This document shows, in pieces, positions 1 to 8,467 of a stretch of 64,000 nucleotides of DNA (position 1 is the first letter of the stretch; the number at the start of each line of letters is the position of its first letter). The notes under the pieces were generated by a model. It did no database searches, was not told the DNA's origin, and worked only from the letters and a program-made list of their open reading frames with translations. A program made the position numbers and the translations under genes. Location of the stretch: assembly GCA_045106975.1 (NCBI GenBank), contig JBGCFL010000026.1, positions 23,590-87,589 on the forward strand, written 5' to 3'. The stretch is from Ekhidna sp. (GTDB lineage Bacteria > Bacteroidota > Bacteroidia > Cytophagales > Cyclobacteriaceae).

Positions 1-1
1 T

Positions 2-118
2 TACGTGACTTCAGGTCCGATGATGGAAGATAATAGAGGCATGTTAAATTCTTGGAATGATTTTGATCTTGACCCTATAAAGGTGAAAAGAAGTTGTTTT
101 TTGAAGCAATTTGATTGA
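2..118 (+). CDS. 3' end of a gene entering from the left edge (product unknown)
   Basis: Frame 2 is open from the window edge to TGA at 116-118 (...MEDNRGMLNSWNDFDLDPIKVKRSCFLKQFD*). It lies on the same strand, 59 nt upstream of the FabZ-like gene. No motif recognised. Confidence 0.3.
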   Translation, partial: YVTSGPMMEDNRGMLNSWNDFDLDPIKVKRSCFLKQFD

Positions 119-177
119 ACTAGTTCTTCAGCTTTATTAGTTTCACCAACTGTAATCAACAAATCAGTCGGTATTTA

Positions 178-636
178 ATGAGTAATTATACTTCTGTTCT
201 TGCGTCACTGCCCTATGCGAAACCATTCCACTTTGTAGATGAACTAACATCAATTGATGAAAGCGGTGCTCAAGGCAGCTACACTATTCGTGAAGATGAA
301 TATTTTTTTAAGGGACATTTTCCAGATCACCCTGTTGTTCCCGGAGTTATTCTCACAGAAATAATGGCTCAAATAGGATTGGTCTGTCTGGCGATTCATT
401 TACTTCAAGAGAAAGGGGAGACTAGCGAAGTATTACCTGCATTTACTAGTTCAAATGTTGATTTTCTAAAGAAGGTATCTCCAAAAGATAAATTAATTAT
501 CGAATCAAAAAAAGTGTATTTTCGTTTTGGTAAACTTAAATGTCAGATTTCGTGTAAGTTTCCTGATGGAACAATTGTAGCAAAGGGAGAGTTTTCAGGA
601 ATGATCGTAAAAAAGCAGGATATTGAAAAAGCATAG
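178..636 (+). CDS. 3-hydroxyacyl-ACP dehydratase, FabZ-like hotdog fold (cluster-associated paralog)
   Basis: 152 aa with the FabZ active-site block GHFPDHPVVPGVILTEIMAQ (catalytic His and Glu present). Overlaps the downstream KAS gene by 14 nt. Confidence 0.85.
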   Translation: MSNYTSVLASLPYAKPFHFVDELTSIDESGAQGSYTIREDEYFFKGHFPDHPVVPGVILTEIMAQIGLVCLAIHLLQEKGETSEVLPAFTSSNVDFLKKVSPKDKLIIESKKVYFRFGKLKCQISCKFPDGTIVAKGEFSGMIVKKQDIEKA

Positions 637-1903
637 AGTAGTCGTTACAGGAATGGGAGTCGTGTCTTCCAACGCAATAGGCGTAGACAATTTCGAGGAG
701 GCTTTGCGAAGTGGAAAATCCGGCATTAGACATTGGGATGAATTAGAAAAACTAAATCTGAGATGTCAGATTGGCGGAGTTCCAGATTTAGATTCCATTG
801 ATTTAAATGACTATTTACCAAAACTTCATGCTCAAAAACTAACCAATAAAGGAATTATCTATGCTCTTTTAGCTGGAACTGAAGCTTGGAAGGATGCAGG
901 ACTTACACCTAACACTGATGAAACTGACTTTAACTCAGGAATCATGTTTGGAGCTGGAGCTCTTAGTTTTGATAGCTATATAGGGAGAGAGTTTCCTGCT
1001 TACCCAATAGATAAAGGGGAAAGCAGAAGATTAGGTACTAGAACTATTTCTGAAGGGATGAATAGTGGTGCTGCTGCTTATATCAATTCTATTCTTGGAG
1101 TAGGAAATCGAGTGCAGTCTCATTCTTCTGCTTGTATTACCGGATCTGAATCAGTTTTGTCTGGGTATGAATACTTAGCCGCAGGTAGGGCAGATAGAGT
1201 TTTGTGTGGTAGTACAGAGGGAGATGGAAGGTATATATGGTCTGGTTTTGATGCAATGAGGGTTCTTTGTACGAACTCCAATGACGATCCCGGTAGAGGA
1301 TCAAGGCCAATGAGTAGTGATTCTTCAGGTTTTGTGCCTTCAGGGGGAGCAGGAGCAATGGTTCTAGAGACATTGGAGAGCGCAGAGAAGCGAGGAGCAA
1401 AAATCTATGCCGAAGTTTTAGGAGGACATATGAATTCTGGAGGTCAGCGTAATGGAGGGACAATGACTGCTGCTAATTCAGATGCAGTGGTAAACTGCAT
1501 TCAGACAGCAATGAAAACATCAGACATTGAGCCAGATGAAATAGATTTAATTAATGGTCATCTAACTTCTACCAAAGGTGATCCAACGGAAATTAGAAAT
1601 TGGGTTAAAGCTACAGGGAGGTCTGGGAAAGATTTCCCACTTATTAATACTCCCAAATCTATGATAGGTCATGCAGTAGCGGGTGCAGGTTCAATTGAGC
1701 TTGTTGCGAGTATACTGCAGCTGAGCAAAAACTTTGTTCACGCCAATTTGAACGTGGAAAATATTCATTCAGAAATTTTATCAGAAATCTTTGGGGGTTG
1801 CATTCCTACCAGTTGCCTTGGTCGGGAATTAAACACTATAGTAAAAGCCAATTTTGGTTTTGGTGATTTAAATTGCGCGATCGTTTTACGGAAATTTCTT
1901 TAA
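623..1903 (+). CDS. beta-ketoacyl-ACP synthase (KAS I/II type)
   Basis: 426 aa with N-terminus MKKHRVVVTGMGVVS. The Cys-His-His triad is present in the contexts SSACITGS, NGHLTST and KSMIGHAVAGAG. Confidence 0.9.
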   Translation: MKKHRVVVTGMGVVSSNAIGVDNFEEALRSGKSGIRHWDELEKLNLRCQIGGVPDLDSIDLNDYLPKLHAQKLTNKGIIYALLAGTEAWKDAGLTPNTDETDFNSGIMFGAGALSFDSYIGREFPAYPIDKGESRRLGTRTISEGMNSGAAAYINSILGVGNRVQSHSSACITGSESVLSGYEYLAAGRADRVLCGSTEGDGRYIWSGFDAMRVLCTNSNDDPGRGSRPMSSDSSGFVPSGGAGAMVLETLESAEKRGAKIYAEVLGGHMNSGGQRNGGTMTAANSDAVVNCIQTAMKTSDIEPDEIDLINGHLTSTKGDPTEIRNWVKATGRSGKDFPLINTPKSMIGHAVAGAGSIELVASILQLSKNFVHANLNVENIHSEILSEIFGGCIPTSCLGRELNTIVKANFGFGDLNCAIVLRKFL

Positions 1904-1905
1904 GA

Positions 1906-2160
1906 ATGAATAACACAAGTGTAAAAACAGACCTATTAGATATTATCAAACCATATCTTCCTGAAGATATCTCCATCGATGGAGTGACGGAAGACAAGCA
2001 TTTGATTGATGATCTACAAATCAATTCAGCTCATATAGTTGATATCGTATTGGATATAGAAGATAAATTTGACATCATGATAGATGATGATGCAATTGGC
2101 GAAATGAATACCGTCCAGGATTCGATTAATGTGGTCATGAAAATGACTACTGCTGCTTAA
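1906..2160 (+). CDS. acyl carrier protein
   Basis: 84 aa from ATG 1906; the track ORF start at 1873 lies inside the KAS 3' end. ACP-like helix II has a candidate phosphopantetheine Ser in DLQINSAHIVDIVLDIEDKFDI. Confidence 0.75.
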   Translation: MNNTSVKTDLLDIIKPYLPEDISIDGVTEDKHLIDDLQINSAHIVDIVLDIEDKFDIMIDDDAIGEMNTVQDSINVVMKMTTAA

Positions 2161-3065
2161 GATTCTTCTAGAAGCTTTTTATCAAATCTTTTTTGTCTGT
2201 AGTTCAATGGAATAATCGCAAGAGTCCAAACTGAACTACAGATGAGATAAAGATCAAAGCGTCCAAAAAAGGCAAAAATTATTATTGCATTTCTATGAGT
2301 GTTGCTACCACATAGCCATGCCCACCAAAAAAGCATTTTCTTATTAAGGTAAGAATATAAGCTATCAAAATTATTGTTTCCTTCTTTAGCTAAAGAGCGC
2401 ATTTTTAGTCTCTGTTCAGGTGTTCTTGTAGTGTAGATCAGTGTTTTCTTTATATAGTCTTTGTAGATACCGTCAAGAATTTTATTGTGAAATGAATCTC
2501 CGGTTGATTTTAATTCATCTGAGGAGATAGGCATATTACCAGCCTCTGATTTACCTATCAACAATAGGTACTCAGCTTTATAAAATTCGTAGAGGGCAGT
2601 TTTATAGCTATGCGTGTATCCAGAGATACCAGCCAGAACGATGATTAACCAACCATAAGTAGGGAAAAAATATACAGCACCTCCCACGTAGCAGGCAAGA
2701 AACACTACATTGTCTATTACGCCATCTATAGACCTACCAAGCTCTGTAGATTGACCAGTCATACGAGCCAGTTGACCGTCGGCACTATCTAGCACTCCAG
2801 CTAATGTTATAAGAACGCCTCCAATTAAGACTATTTCAGTTGAGTTTTGAAAGAAAAGCAATCCACCTCCAATAACACCAAGTAGTAAACTAAGTAGAGA
2901 TACATGTGTAGGAGTTAAAGAAAGCCACTTTCCCATTTTAGCAAAATACAACCCGTAAAACCGACTGAAATAAATATCATATCGCTCTTCGATATCAATC
3001 TGTTTTATAGTAGAAAGTACTTCTTCTAAATGTTTGTCAAACTTTCTTTTTAACATGCTACTCAA
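2157..3065 (-). CDS. CDP-alcohol phosphatidyltransferase family membrane protein
   Basis: Complete family motif D-x2-DG-x2-AR-x8-G-x3-D-x3-D in LDSADGQLARMTGQSTELGRSIDGVIDNV. Multiple hydrophobic segments. At 302 aa it is longer than a minimal PgsA-type enzyme. Confidence 0.85.
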   Translation of the reverse strand: MSSMLKRKFDKHLEEVLSTIKQIDIEERYDIYFSRFYGLYFAKMGKWLSLTPTHVSLLSLLLGVIGGGLLFFQNSTEIVLIGGVLITLAGVLDSADGQLARMTGQSTELGRSIDGVIDNVVFLACYVGGAVYFFPTYGWLIIVLAGISGYTHSYKTALYEFYKAEYLLLIGKSEAGNMPISSDELKSTGDSFHNKILDGIYKDYIKKTLIYTTRTPEQRLKMRSLAKEGNNNFDSLYSYLNKKMLFWWAWLCGSNTHRNAIIIFAFFGRFDLYLICSSVWTLAIIPLNYRQKRFDKKLLEES

Positions 3066-3143
3066 AGATTCGTCATATTATTTGAGCAAAATCTAAGGAT
3101 GGAAGTATTATAGATTTCGCAATGATTTGACTTCAAAGTTAAG

Positions 3144-4238
3144 TTATCGTGGACGTAAAAATGATTTAGACGCTACTTTTCCAAATCCATTAACTAATGA
3201 CATGATTATGGAAGCCTTTCTTACACTCCATTTTGAAATTGATTCATCCTCAGAATATTTCTGTACGTCTTTTAGTACCAAATTTTGAAACTGGGTAATG
3301 ATACCGGTATCTTTTGAACATAAGACTACCTCTTGTTCAAAATAGTAGCTGATCAAATCATAATTACTACTTCCGAATAATAACTCCTCACCATCTATGA
3401 GAACGGCTTTCATATGAGACATTCCAGGATATTCTTTTAGCTGAAAATAGCCTTTATCTTTCTCAGCTAAAATTAGATTCTTAAAAATTGACTTATTATT
3501 CACTTTTGGTGTGATAATAGTAATCTGAACACCTTTTGAGGCAGTCAATTTCAAAACATTTAAGAGAGGCTCAGAGATATAAGGGGATATAACTTCTACT
3601 GATTGCTTTGCTGATGAAATTCTTTTGAACAGGGAATCATAAATACCTTTACTTTTTATGCCGTTGAGAAGATATAATACTCCTTTATCTGTTTCTATTT
3701 CTTTTGACTGATTGTTGTCTTTTTGAGTTTCACGAAAATCATTTCCAAGTCTATTTCCAAGATCAAGACTATCTAGTGAAATCATCATATCGTGCCAAGA
3801 GAAATTATGATCACTAAAGTTAATCCCTCCTAAATAACAATATTGCTCATCGATAATGACCATTTTTTTGTGATTCCGAAGAGGATATTTTTGGCCTACC
3901 CAGCCAACTGGATTTGTGAATTTAACTTCAATCCCAGCTTCAATAGCTTCTTTTATAAGCGTTTTGGTATTTAGTACTTCCTTCCTGAATTCTTTATCAG
4001 ACCAATATTTCGTAGAAAAAATAAATTGGTCATTGATGACTACTTTGGAATAACTATCGATTAATATTTTTTTTTCTTTGGCAGGGCTGCTTTTCATGAC
4101 GGATATCAGCCATTTTCCTGCATCATCGCCCTCAAATGTCATTGCCTGAACGAAGAATGATTTTGTAGCCTTTTTTGCGACTAATTCTACGCTTTCTTTA
4201 AAAGCATTAGATCCTAATAAGATTTTAGACTTAGACAT
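3144..4238 (-). CDS. phospholipase D superfamily protein (two HKD motifs; cardiolipin/phosphatidylserine-synthase-like, apparently soluble)
   Basis: HKD1 is HKKMVIIDEQYCYLGGINFSDHN and HKD2 is HMKAVLIDGEELLFGSSNYD. No N-terminal transmembrane segment is evident. Confidence 0.85.
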   Translation of the reverse strand: MSKSKILLGSNAFKESVELVAKKATKSFFVQAMTFEGDDAGKWLISVMKSSPAKEKKILIDSYSKVVINDQFIFSTKYWSDKEFRKEVLNTKTLIKEAIEAGIEVKFTNPVGWVGQKYPLRNHKKMVIIDEQYCYLGGINFSDHNFSWHDMMISLDSLDLGNRLGNDFRETQKDNNQSKEIETDKGVLYLLNGIKSKGIYDSLFKRISSAKQSVEVISPYISEPLLNVLKLTASKGVQITIITPKVNNKSIFKNLILAEKDKGYFQLKEYPGMSHMKAVLIDGEELLFGSSNYDLISYYFEQEVVLCSKDTGIITQFQNLVLKDVQKYSEDESISKWSVRKASIIMSLVNGFGKVASKSFLRPR

Positions 4239-4265
4239 GCTCGAAAAGTTAATTAGATCAGAATT

Positions 4266-5093
4266 TTACTGGTTGATACCATATTTAATAGACTCAATTT
4301 CAAATGAAAAAGCTCCAACGGTCATATCTAATTCAAACTTCAGTGGAAGTTTGTTGGCATCATCGGATACAATTACCCTTCCTTTCTTACCTTTTTCGAA
4401 ATAATCCCCTTCAGGAAAGATCAATTCAAATTCTTGAGCACCAACATTGGAACCTAAGTATTTGTAAGTTGTCTTTTTACCAGGATTCATTTGAAATTCA
4501 TACAAGTCGTTCGTGAAAAATGTTCTTGCAGATACGGTACTAGATAGTTCTTCATCCTTCCTACTCCTTAACCAAAGATAAGTGCTAAGAACATCTCTTA
4601 CAGGGCTCTCCCCCAATTCAAATGTATGATACCTCCATTTATCAATATCTTCAATATATGCGTCAATTTTTACTGAGTCAGCGTATTTAAAGTGATCGTA
4701 CCTAATGTCAATTTTTTTCCCGTCAGATAAATTTCTGTGAGATTTATATGGTTGCAAGTTATCTGCTTGAACAAGTGATTCCATATGGATTCTCAGCTTA
4801 GAAAATATTTTAAACCAGCTCACAGTTTTGATATTGCATTGAATATTGTAATGCTCTTCACCATCATGTGTTTCTAAGTCTGGTTCAATCCATATTTCAG
4901 CCGAGCCAATTTTGAACCACCCATAGTGCATGGTATAGTATAGTTTTTCTCCTCTTTTAAAAGGATATGTTTTACTTTGGGCTTGAGAATTTTCTGTGTC
5001 AAAAAGAAGAATTCCAATTAACATAAATATGGCCAGATAACGGCTTATTACCTTGTATGAAAGTTGCTCTAGTATGTCCATATGATTTTTCAC
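4266..5093 (-). CDS. DUF3108-like secreted or membrane-anchored protein
   Basis: Has an N-terminal hydrophobic anchor or signal (AIFMLIGILLF...AQS) and a beta-rich body (YYTMHYGWFKIGSAEIWIEP...) resembling DUF3108. The start is uncertain: M1 at 5093 overlaps the GT4 start, and alternative Met codons lie at 5081 and 5024. Confidence 0.55.
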   Translation of the reverse strand: MKNHMDILEQLSYKVISRYLAIFMLIGILLFDTENSQAQSKTYPFKRGEKLYYTMHYGWFKIGSAEIWIEPDLETHDGEEHYNIQCNIKTVSWFKIFSKLRIHMESLVQADNLQPYKSHRNLSDGKKIDIRYDHFKYADSVKIDAYIEDIDKWRYHTFELGESPVRDVLSTYLWLRSRKDEELSSTVSARTFFTNDLYEFQMNPGKKTTYKYLGSNVGAQEFELIFPEGDYFEKGKKGRVIVSDDANKLPLKFELDMTVGAFSFEIESIKYGINQ

Positions 5094-6157
5094 GTCCTGG
5101 TGGTGTTAAGTCTCATATTGTAAGTCTTTCCCACCATCTTACAATGATAGGTCATCACGTTAAGATAATAGCTCCCAATATTAATGCCAATTTAGTTGAA
5201 GAAGAAAATGTATGCTTTTTTGCGCAGAGTAAATCAATCAATTTGGGCGGCACTAAAATTGATATCAACATTGCATTGGGCTCTGAAAAGAAAGCTTTAA
5301 GAAATTTTTTGAAAAGAGAGAGTTTCGATGTGATACATTACCATACTATTTGGAATCCTTTTCTTCCTTTTCAGGTAAGAAGATACTCAAGCGCAAAGCA
5401 AATTGCGACCTTCCATGACACACCGAAGAGTCAATTCGTTGGGGACTGGATTATGCCGACAGTAGCAAAAGGGGTTTTTCGATTTTTAGATCAAATCATC
5501 TCGGTATCTAAAAGTCAATCCAAATTTATTTCTAGATTTTCCAAACGAAAAATCCATATTATCCCAAATGGGATTGATTTGAAGTCTATTGAGTCGGTAG
5601 CTCCCAAATCATCTTCTCGAAAAGATGATAGTTTTCAATTGTTTTTTATGGGAAGACTTGAGCCACGAAAGGGAGTAATGCATGCTCTAAAAGCATTTCA
5701 CAAATTAAAGGACAGATATCCTAAATTGAAATTACTAATTGCAGGAGATGGAGATGGTAGAGTTGAAGTTGAGGAATACATTAATAATCATTCGTTAACT
5801 GATGTAGAGTTATTGGGCTTTGTTTCGGAAAGAGATAAGTATAAGATACTGAAAGAATCCGAAATTTATCTTGCTCCGGCCTTATATGGGGAGAGTTTTG
5901 GTATTGTACTACTAGAATCTATGGCTGTTGGGACACCAATTGCAGGCTATGCAAACTCAGGCTATATGAATGTTATTACTAATAAAATGAAGGATGGCTT
6001 TGCAGACCCAAGTGATTTGGAAGAACTTGTCAAAAAAATTGAAAACCTAATTCCTTCAAGAAAACGTGAAGAGCTATCTATTCATGGATTAGAAGAGGTC
6101 AAAAAATACGACTGGAGTAAAATTTCTAAAGATATATATGAAGTATATCAACTCTAA
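5057..6157 (+). CDS. GT4 (GT-B) glycosyltransferase, PimA-like
   Basis: N-terminus MKVALVCPYDFSRPGGVKSHIVSLSHHLTMIGHHVKIIAP resembles, from memory, mycobacterial phosphatidylinositol mannosyltransferase PimA. Also has EPRKG and the E-x7-E motif (ESFGIVLLE). Confidence 0.8.
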   Translation: MKVALVCPYDFSRPGGVKSHIVSLSHHLTMIGHHVKIIAPNINANLVEEENVCFFAQSKSINLGGTKIDINIALGSEKKALRNFLKRESFDVIHYHTIWNPFLPFQVRRYSSAKQIATFHDTPKSQFVGDWIMPTVAKGVFRFLDQIISVSKSQSKFISRFSKRKIHIIPNGIDLKSIESVAPKSSSRKDDSFQLFFMGRLEPRKGVMHALKAFHKLKDRYPKLKLLIAGDGDGRVEVEEYINNHSLTDVELLGFVSERDKYKILKESEIYLAPALYGESFGIVLLESMAVGTPIAGYANSGYMNVITNKMKDGFADPSDLEELVKKIENLIPSRKREELSIHGLEEVKKYDWSKISKDIYEVYQL

Positions 6158-7251
6158 GCGGTTGCGAATTTGAAATTAGGATTTCCAAACTTTTTTAATG
6201 TTCTGTAATGAGATGATATAGCATCTCCGAATGTGTCATGACAATTGTAAGGAACCCCATGTTCCTTTGCAATCCTTTCTACTATCGGACTAATTTTAGG
6301 ATAGTGTATACTGCAAACATTCGGGAATAGATGATGCTCAATCTGATAATTGAGTCCTCCAATAAACCATGATAATAACTTATTGCCTCTTGCGAAATTA
6401 TTCGTAGTATACATTTCATGAATCACCCAATGATCTTCAATCATATTATTTTCATTAGGTAATGGATGAGTTGTTTCTTCAACAACATGAGCAAGTTGAA
6501 ATATGATCCCTAGAATCAAACCAGCAGTTAAATGGGTTGACAAAAAGCCAATCAAAAACTGCCACCAAGTGATTTCAAGTAATATTAAAGGAATTACAAT
6601 GGCATACCCATAATAGGCCAACTTTGTTATAATTAGAGTTAACCATTCCCTGAGTTCATGTTTCTTGTTTTCAAATGGGCCAAGTGTAGGCTTAAAAAAG
6701 TACCAATAATCTTTAACAAATACCCAAAATATGGTTGCGAAACTATATGCTGGGAAAGCGAGTAAATGTTGAAAACGATGAATTGGTTTGTGCTCAGTAT
6801 GTGGTGAAAGCCTGATGAACTCGGCGACTTCTAAATCCTCATCATGACCATGGATATTTGTGTATGTATGATGTATTACATTATGAGTAATTTTCCAAAT
6901 ATATCCATTGGCTCCAACTAAATCGAAAAATAAACCAACAGCATAATTGATTTTGCTATTAGAAGAATATGACCCGTGAAGAGCGTCATGAGTTACTGAA
7001 AATCCAATTCCTGCCATCCCAATGCCCATCCCGATGGCTAGCATCCACATTGTGGATAATGAAAATCCACCTGAAATAATCAAAGCATAACAGCCGAAAT
7101 AGATAGCTAAAATAATGATGGTTTTAACAACCATTTGTGCATTAGCATGCTTCGAAATATTTTCTTTTTTGAAAAAGGCTTTTACCTCTGCTTTTACAGC
7201 TTCGTTAAATTCACGATCTATTTTATTGTTGAAAGTTACTTTTTCCGGCAT
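6154..7251 (-). CDS. membrane fatty-acid desaturase, front-end type (third box QxxHH), no cytochrome b5 domain
   Basis: His boxes HDALHG, HNVIHH and QIEHHLFP; four or more hydrophobic spans; no HPGG heme-binding motif. Confidence 0.85.
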   Translation of the reverse strand: MPEKVTFNNKIDREFNEAVKAEVKAFFKKENISKHANAQMVVKTIIILAIYFGCYALIISGGFSLSTMWMLAIGMGIGMAGIGFSVTHDALHGSYSSNSKINYAVGLFFDLVGANGYIWKITHNVIHHTYTNIHGHDEDLEVAEFIRLSPHTEHKPIHRFQHLLAFPAYSFATIFWVFVKDYWYFFKPTLGPFENKKHELREWLTLIITKLAYYGYAIVIPLILLEITWWQFLIGFLSTHLTAGLILGIIFQLAHVVEETTHPLPNENNMIEDHWVIHEMYTTNNFARGNKLLSWFIGGLNYQIEHHLFPNVCSIHYPKISPIVERIAKEHGVPYNCHDTFGDAISSHYRTLKKFGNPNFKFATA

Positions 7252-7269
7252 ACCAGCTAATTAAGATTG

Positions 7270-7277
7270 GCAAAGAT
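7270..7277 (-). promoter_or_regulatory. candidate Bacteroidota sigma-A -7 box (TAtcTTTG) for the desaturase gene
   Basis: The reverse complement of caaagata matches the TAnnTTTG consensus. It lies 19 nt upstream of the desaturase ATG. Confidence 0.4.
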
Positions 7278-7352
7278 AATTCTTTATCCTTTCATACTGA
7301 GAGACTTAAGAGTAACAATATTCACTTTGTTTATGTTACTTCTCAATGAGTC

Positions 7353-8444
7353 TTACTTATTATTGAAATAATCTTTGACTTTATTAATAACCTTAACCAT
7401 ATCTTCCTCATAAAGTTCTCCAATTACTGCAACACGGAAAGTTTTACTCTCCGGAATAACCCCTGGGTATATGGTAATTCCATGCTCAAATAGATAATCA
7501 TGGAAATGATTAAAGTCAAGTTCAGGTTTGTCAAGATTAAGCGCCAGAAGAATTTTTGATTCTTGCTCCAGTGGTAAAAAAGGAGTAAAACCTATTTCTA
7601 AGAAGCCATCATACAGTTTTTGCCAGTTATTTTGATAACGTTTCCATCTGTTTTCTAGTCCTTCTTCCTGATGTTCCTTAATAGCTTCTAAAAAAGCATA
7701 GCTAGTCTGTACGGGAGGGGTAAATCGTAATTGATTTTTTTGTTGGAGGTTGTTCCACTGCTTATATACATCAAAGTAGAAGCCTCTTCCATTTGTCTTT
7801 AACTCTTCAGTTCTATCCTTGTGAAAGATCACAAACGACAGTCCAGCCATCCCATGTATGCACTTATTTGAGCTAGAAAAGAGATAATCTATTTGAAGCT
7901 CTGCTAGATCAATAGGATAAGCTCCATACGAACTCATAGCATCTACAATAAATTTCACCCCAGTTTCTTTGCATACTCTTGCCACTTCTTCGATAGGATC
8001 CATCATGCCTGTGGAAGTTTCATGATGTACCATGACTAAGTGAGTGTATTTTCCATTTGAAAGCTCCTCCTTGATTTTGGCAGGTTCTGGGTAATCCCCG
8101 AATTCATAAAGTGATGAATTTTTCAATCCATAACCATCACAAATGGATTTCATTCTAATGCCATAAGCACCATTGGTAATAATCAAAGCATGATCCTCTG
8201 TTCCAAGAGCAGAAACCAAGCATGCTTCCATAGCTCCTGTGCCGCTTGCTCCGAATAGGGAAATTCTATGAGTCTCTAATCCATTACCGACTTTTAGAAC
8301 ACCATCACAGATGTCATGCATCACCTTTCCAAACTCACTTTCACGAGGACAAATATCTGAAACAATTTGAGCGTCTTTTACTCTTTGAGATGTGGTAGCA
8401 GGACCTGGATTTAATAAGATTTTTCTTTCTGGATGGTTATTCAT
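7353..8444 (-). CDS. phnW: 2-aminoethylphosphonate--pyruvate transaminase
   Basis: 363 aa class-V aminotransferase with N-terminus LLNPGPATTS and the PLP-lysine context SSSNKCIHG. Sits directly downstream of the decarboxylase and PEP mutase genes. Confidence 0.85.
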   Translation of the reverse strand: MNNHPERKILLNPGPATTSQRVKDAQIVSDICPRESEFGKVMHDICDGVLKVGNGLETHRISLFGASGTGAMEACLVSALGTEDHALIITNGAYGIRMKSICDGYGLKNSSLYEFGDYPEPAKIKEELSNGKYTHLVMVHHETSTGMMDPIEEVARVCKETGVKFIVDAMSSYGAYPIDLAELQIDYLFSSSNKCIHGMAGLSFVIFHKDRTEELKTNGRGFYFDVYKQWNNLQQKNQLRFTPPVQTSYAFLEAIKEHQEEGLENRWKRYQNNWQKLYDGFLEIGFTPFLPLEQESKILLALNLDKPELDFNHFHDYLFEHGITIYPGVIPESKTFRVAVIGELYEEDMVKVINKVKDYFNNK

Positions 8445-8467
8445 AAATCTGAAAATAGAATGTTAAA

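Noticed and set aside
1873-1905. An upstream start for the ACP inside the KAS 3' end
   Set aside because: The ATG at 1906 yields a normal ACP length. The extra 11 codons overlap the KAS C-terminus.
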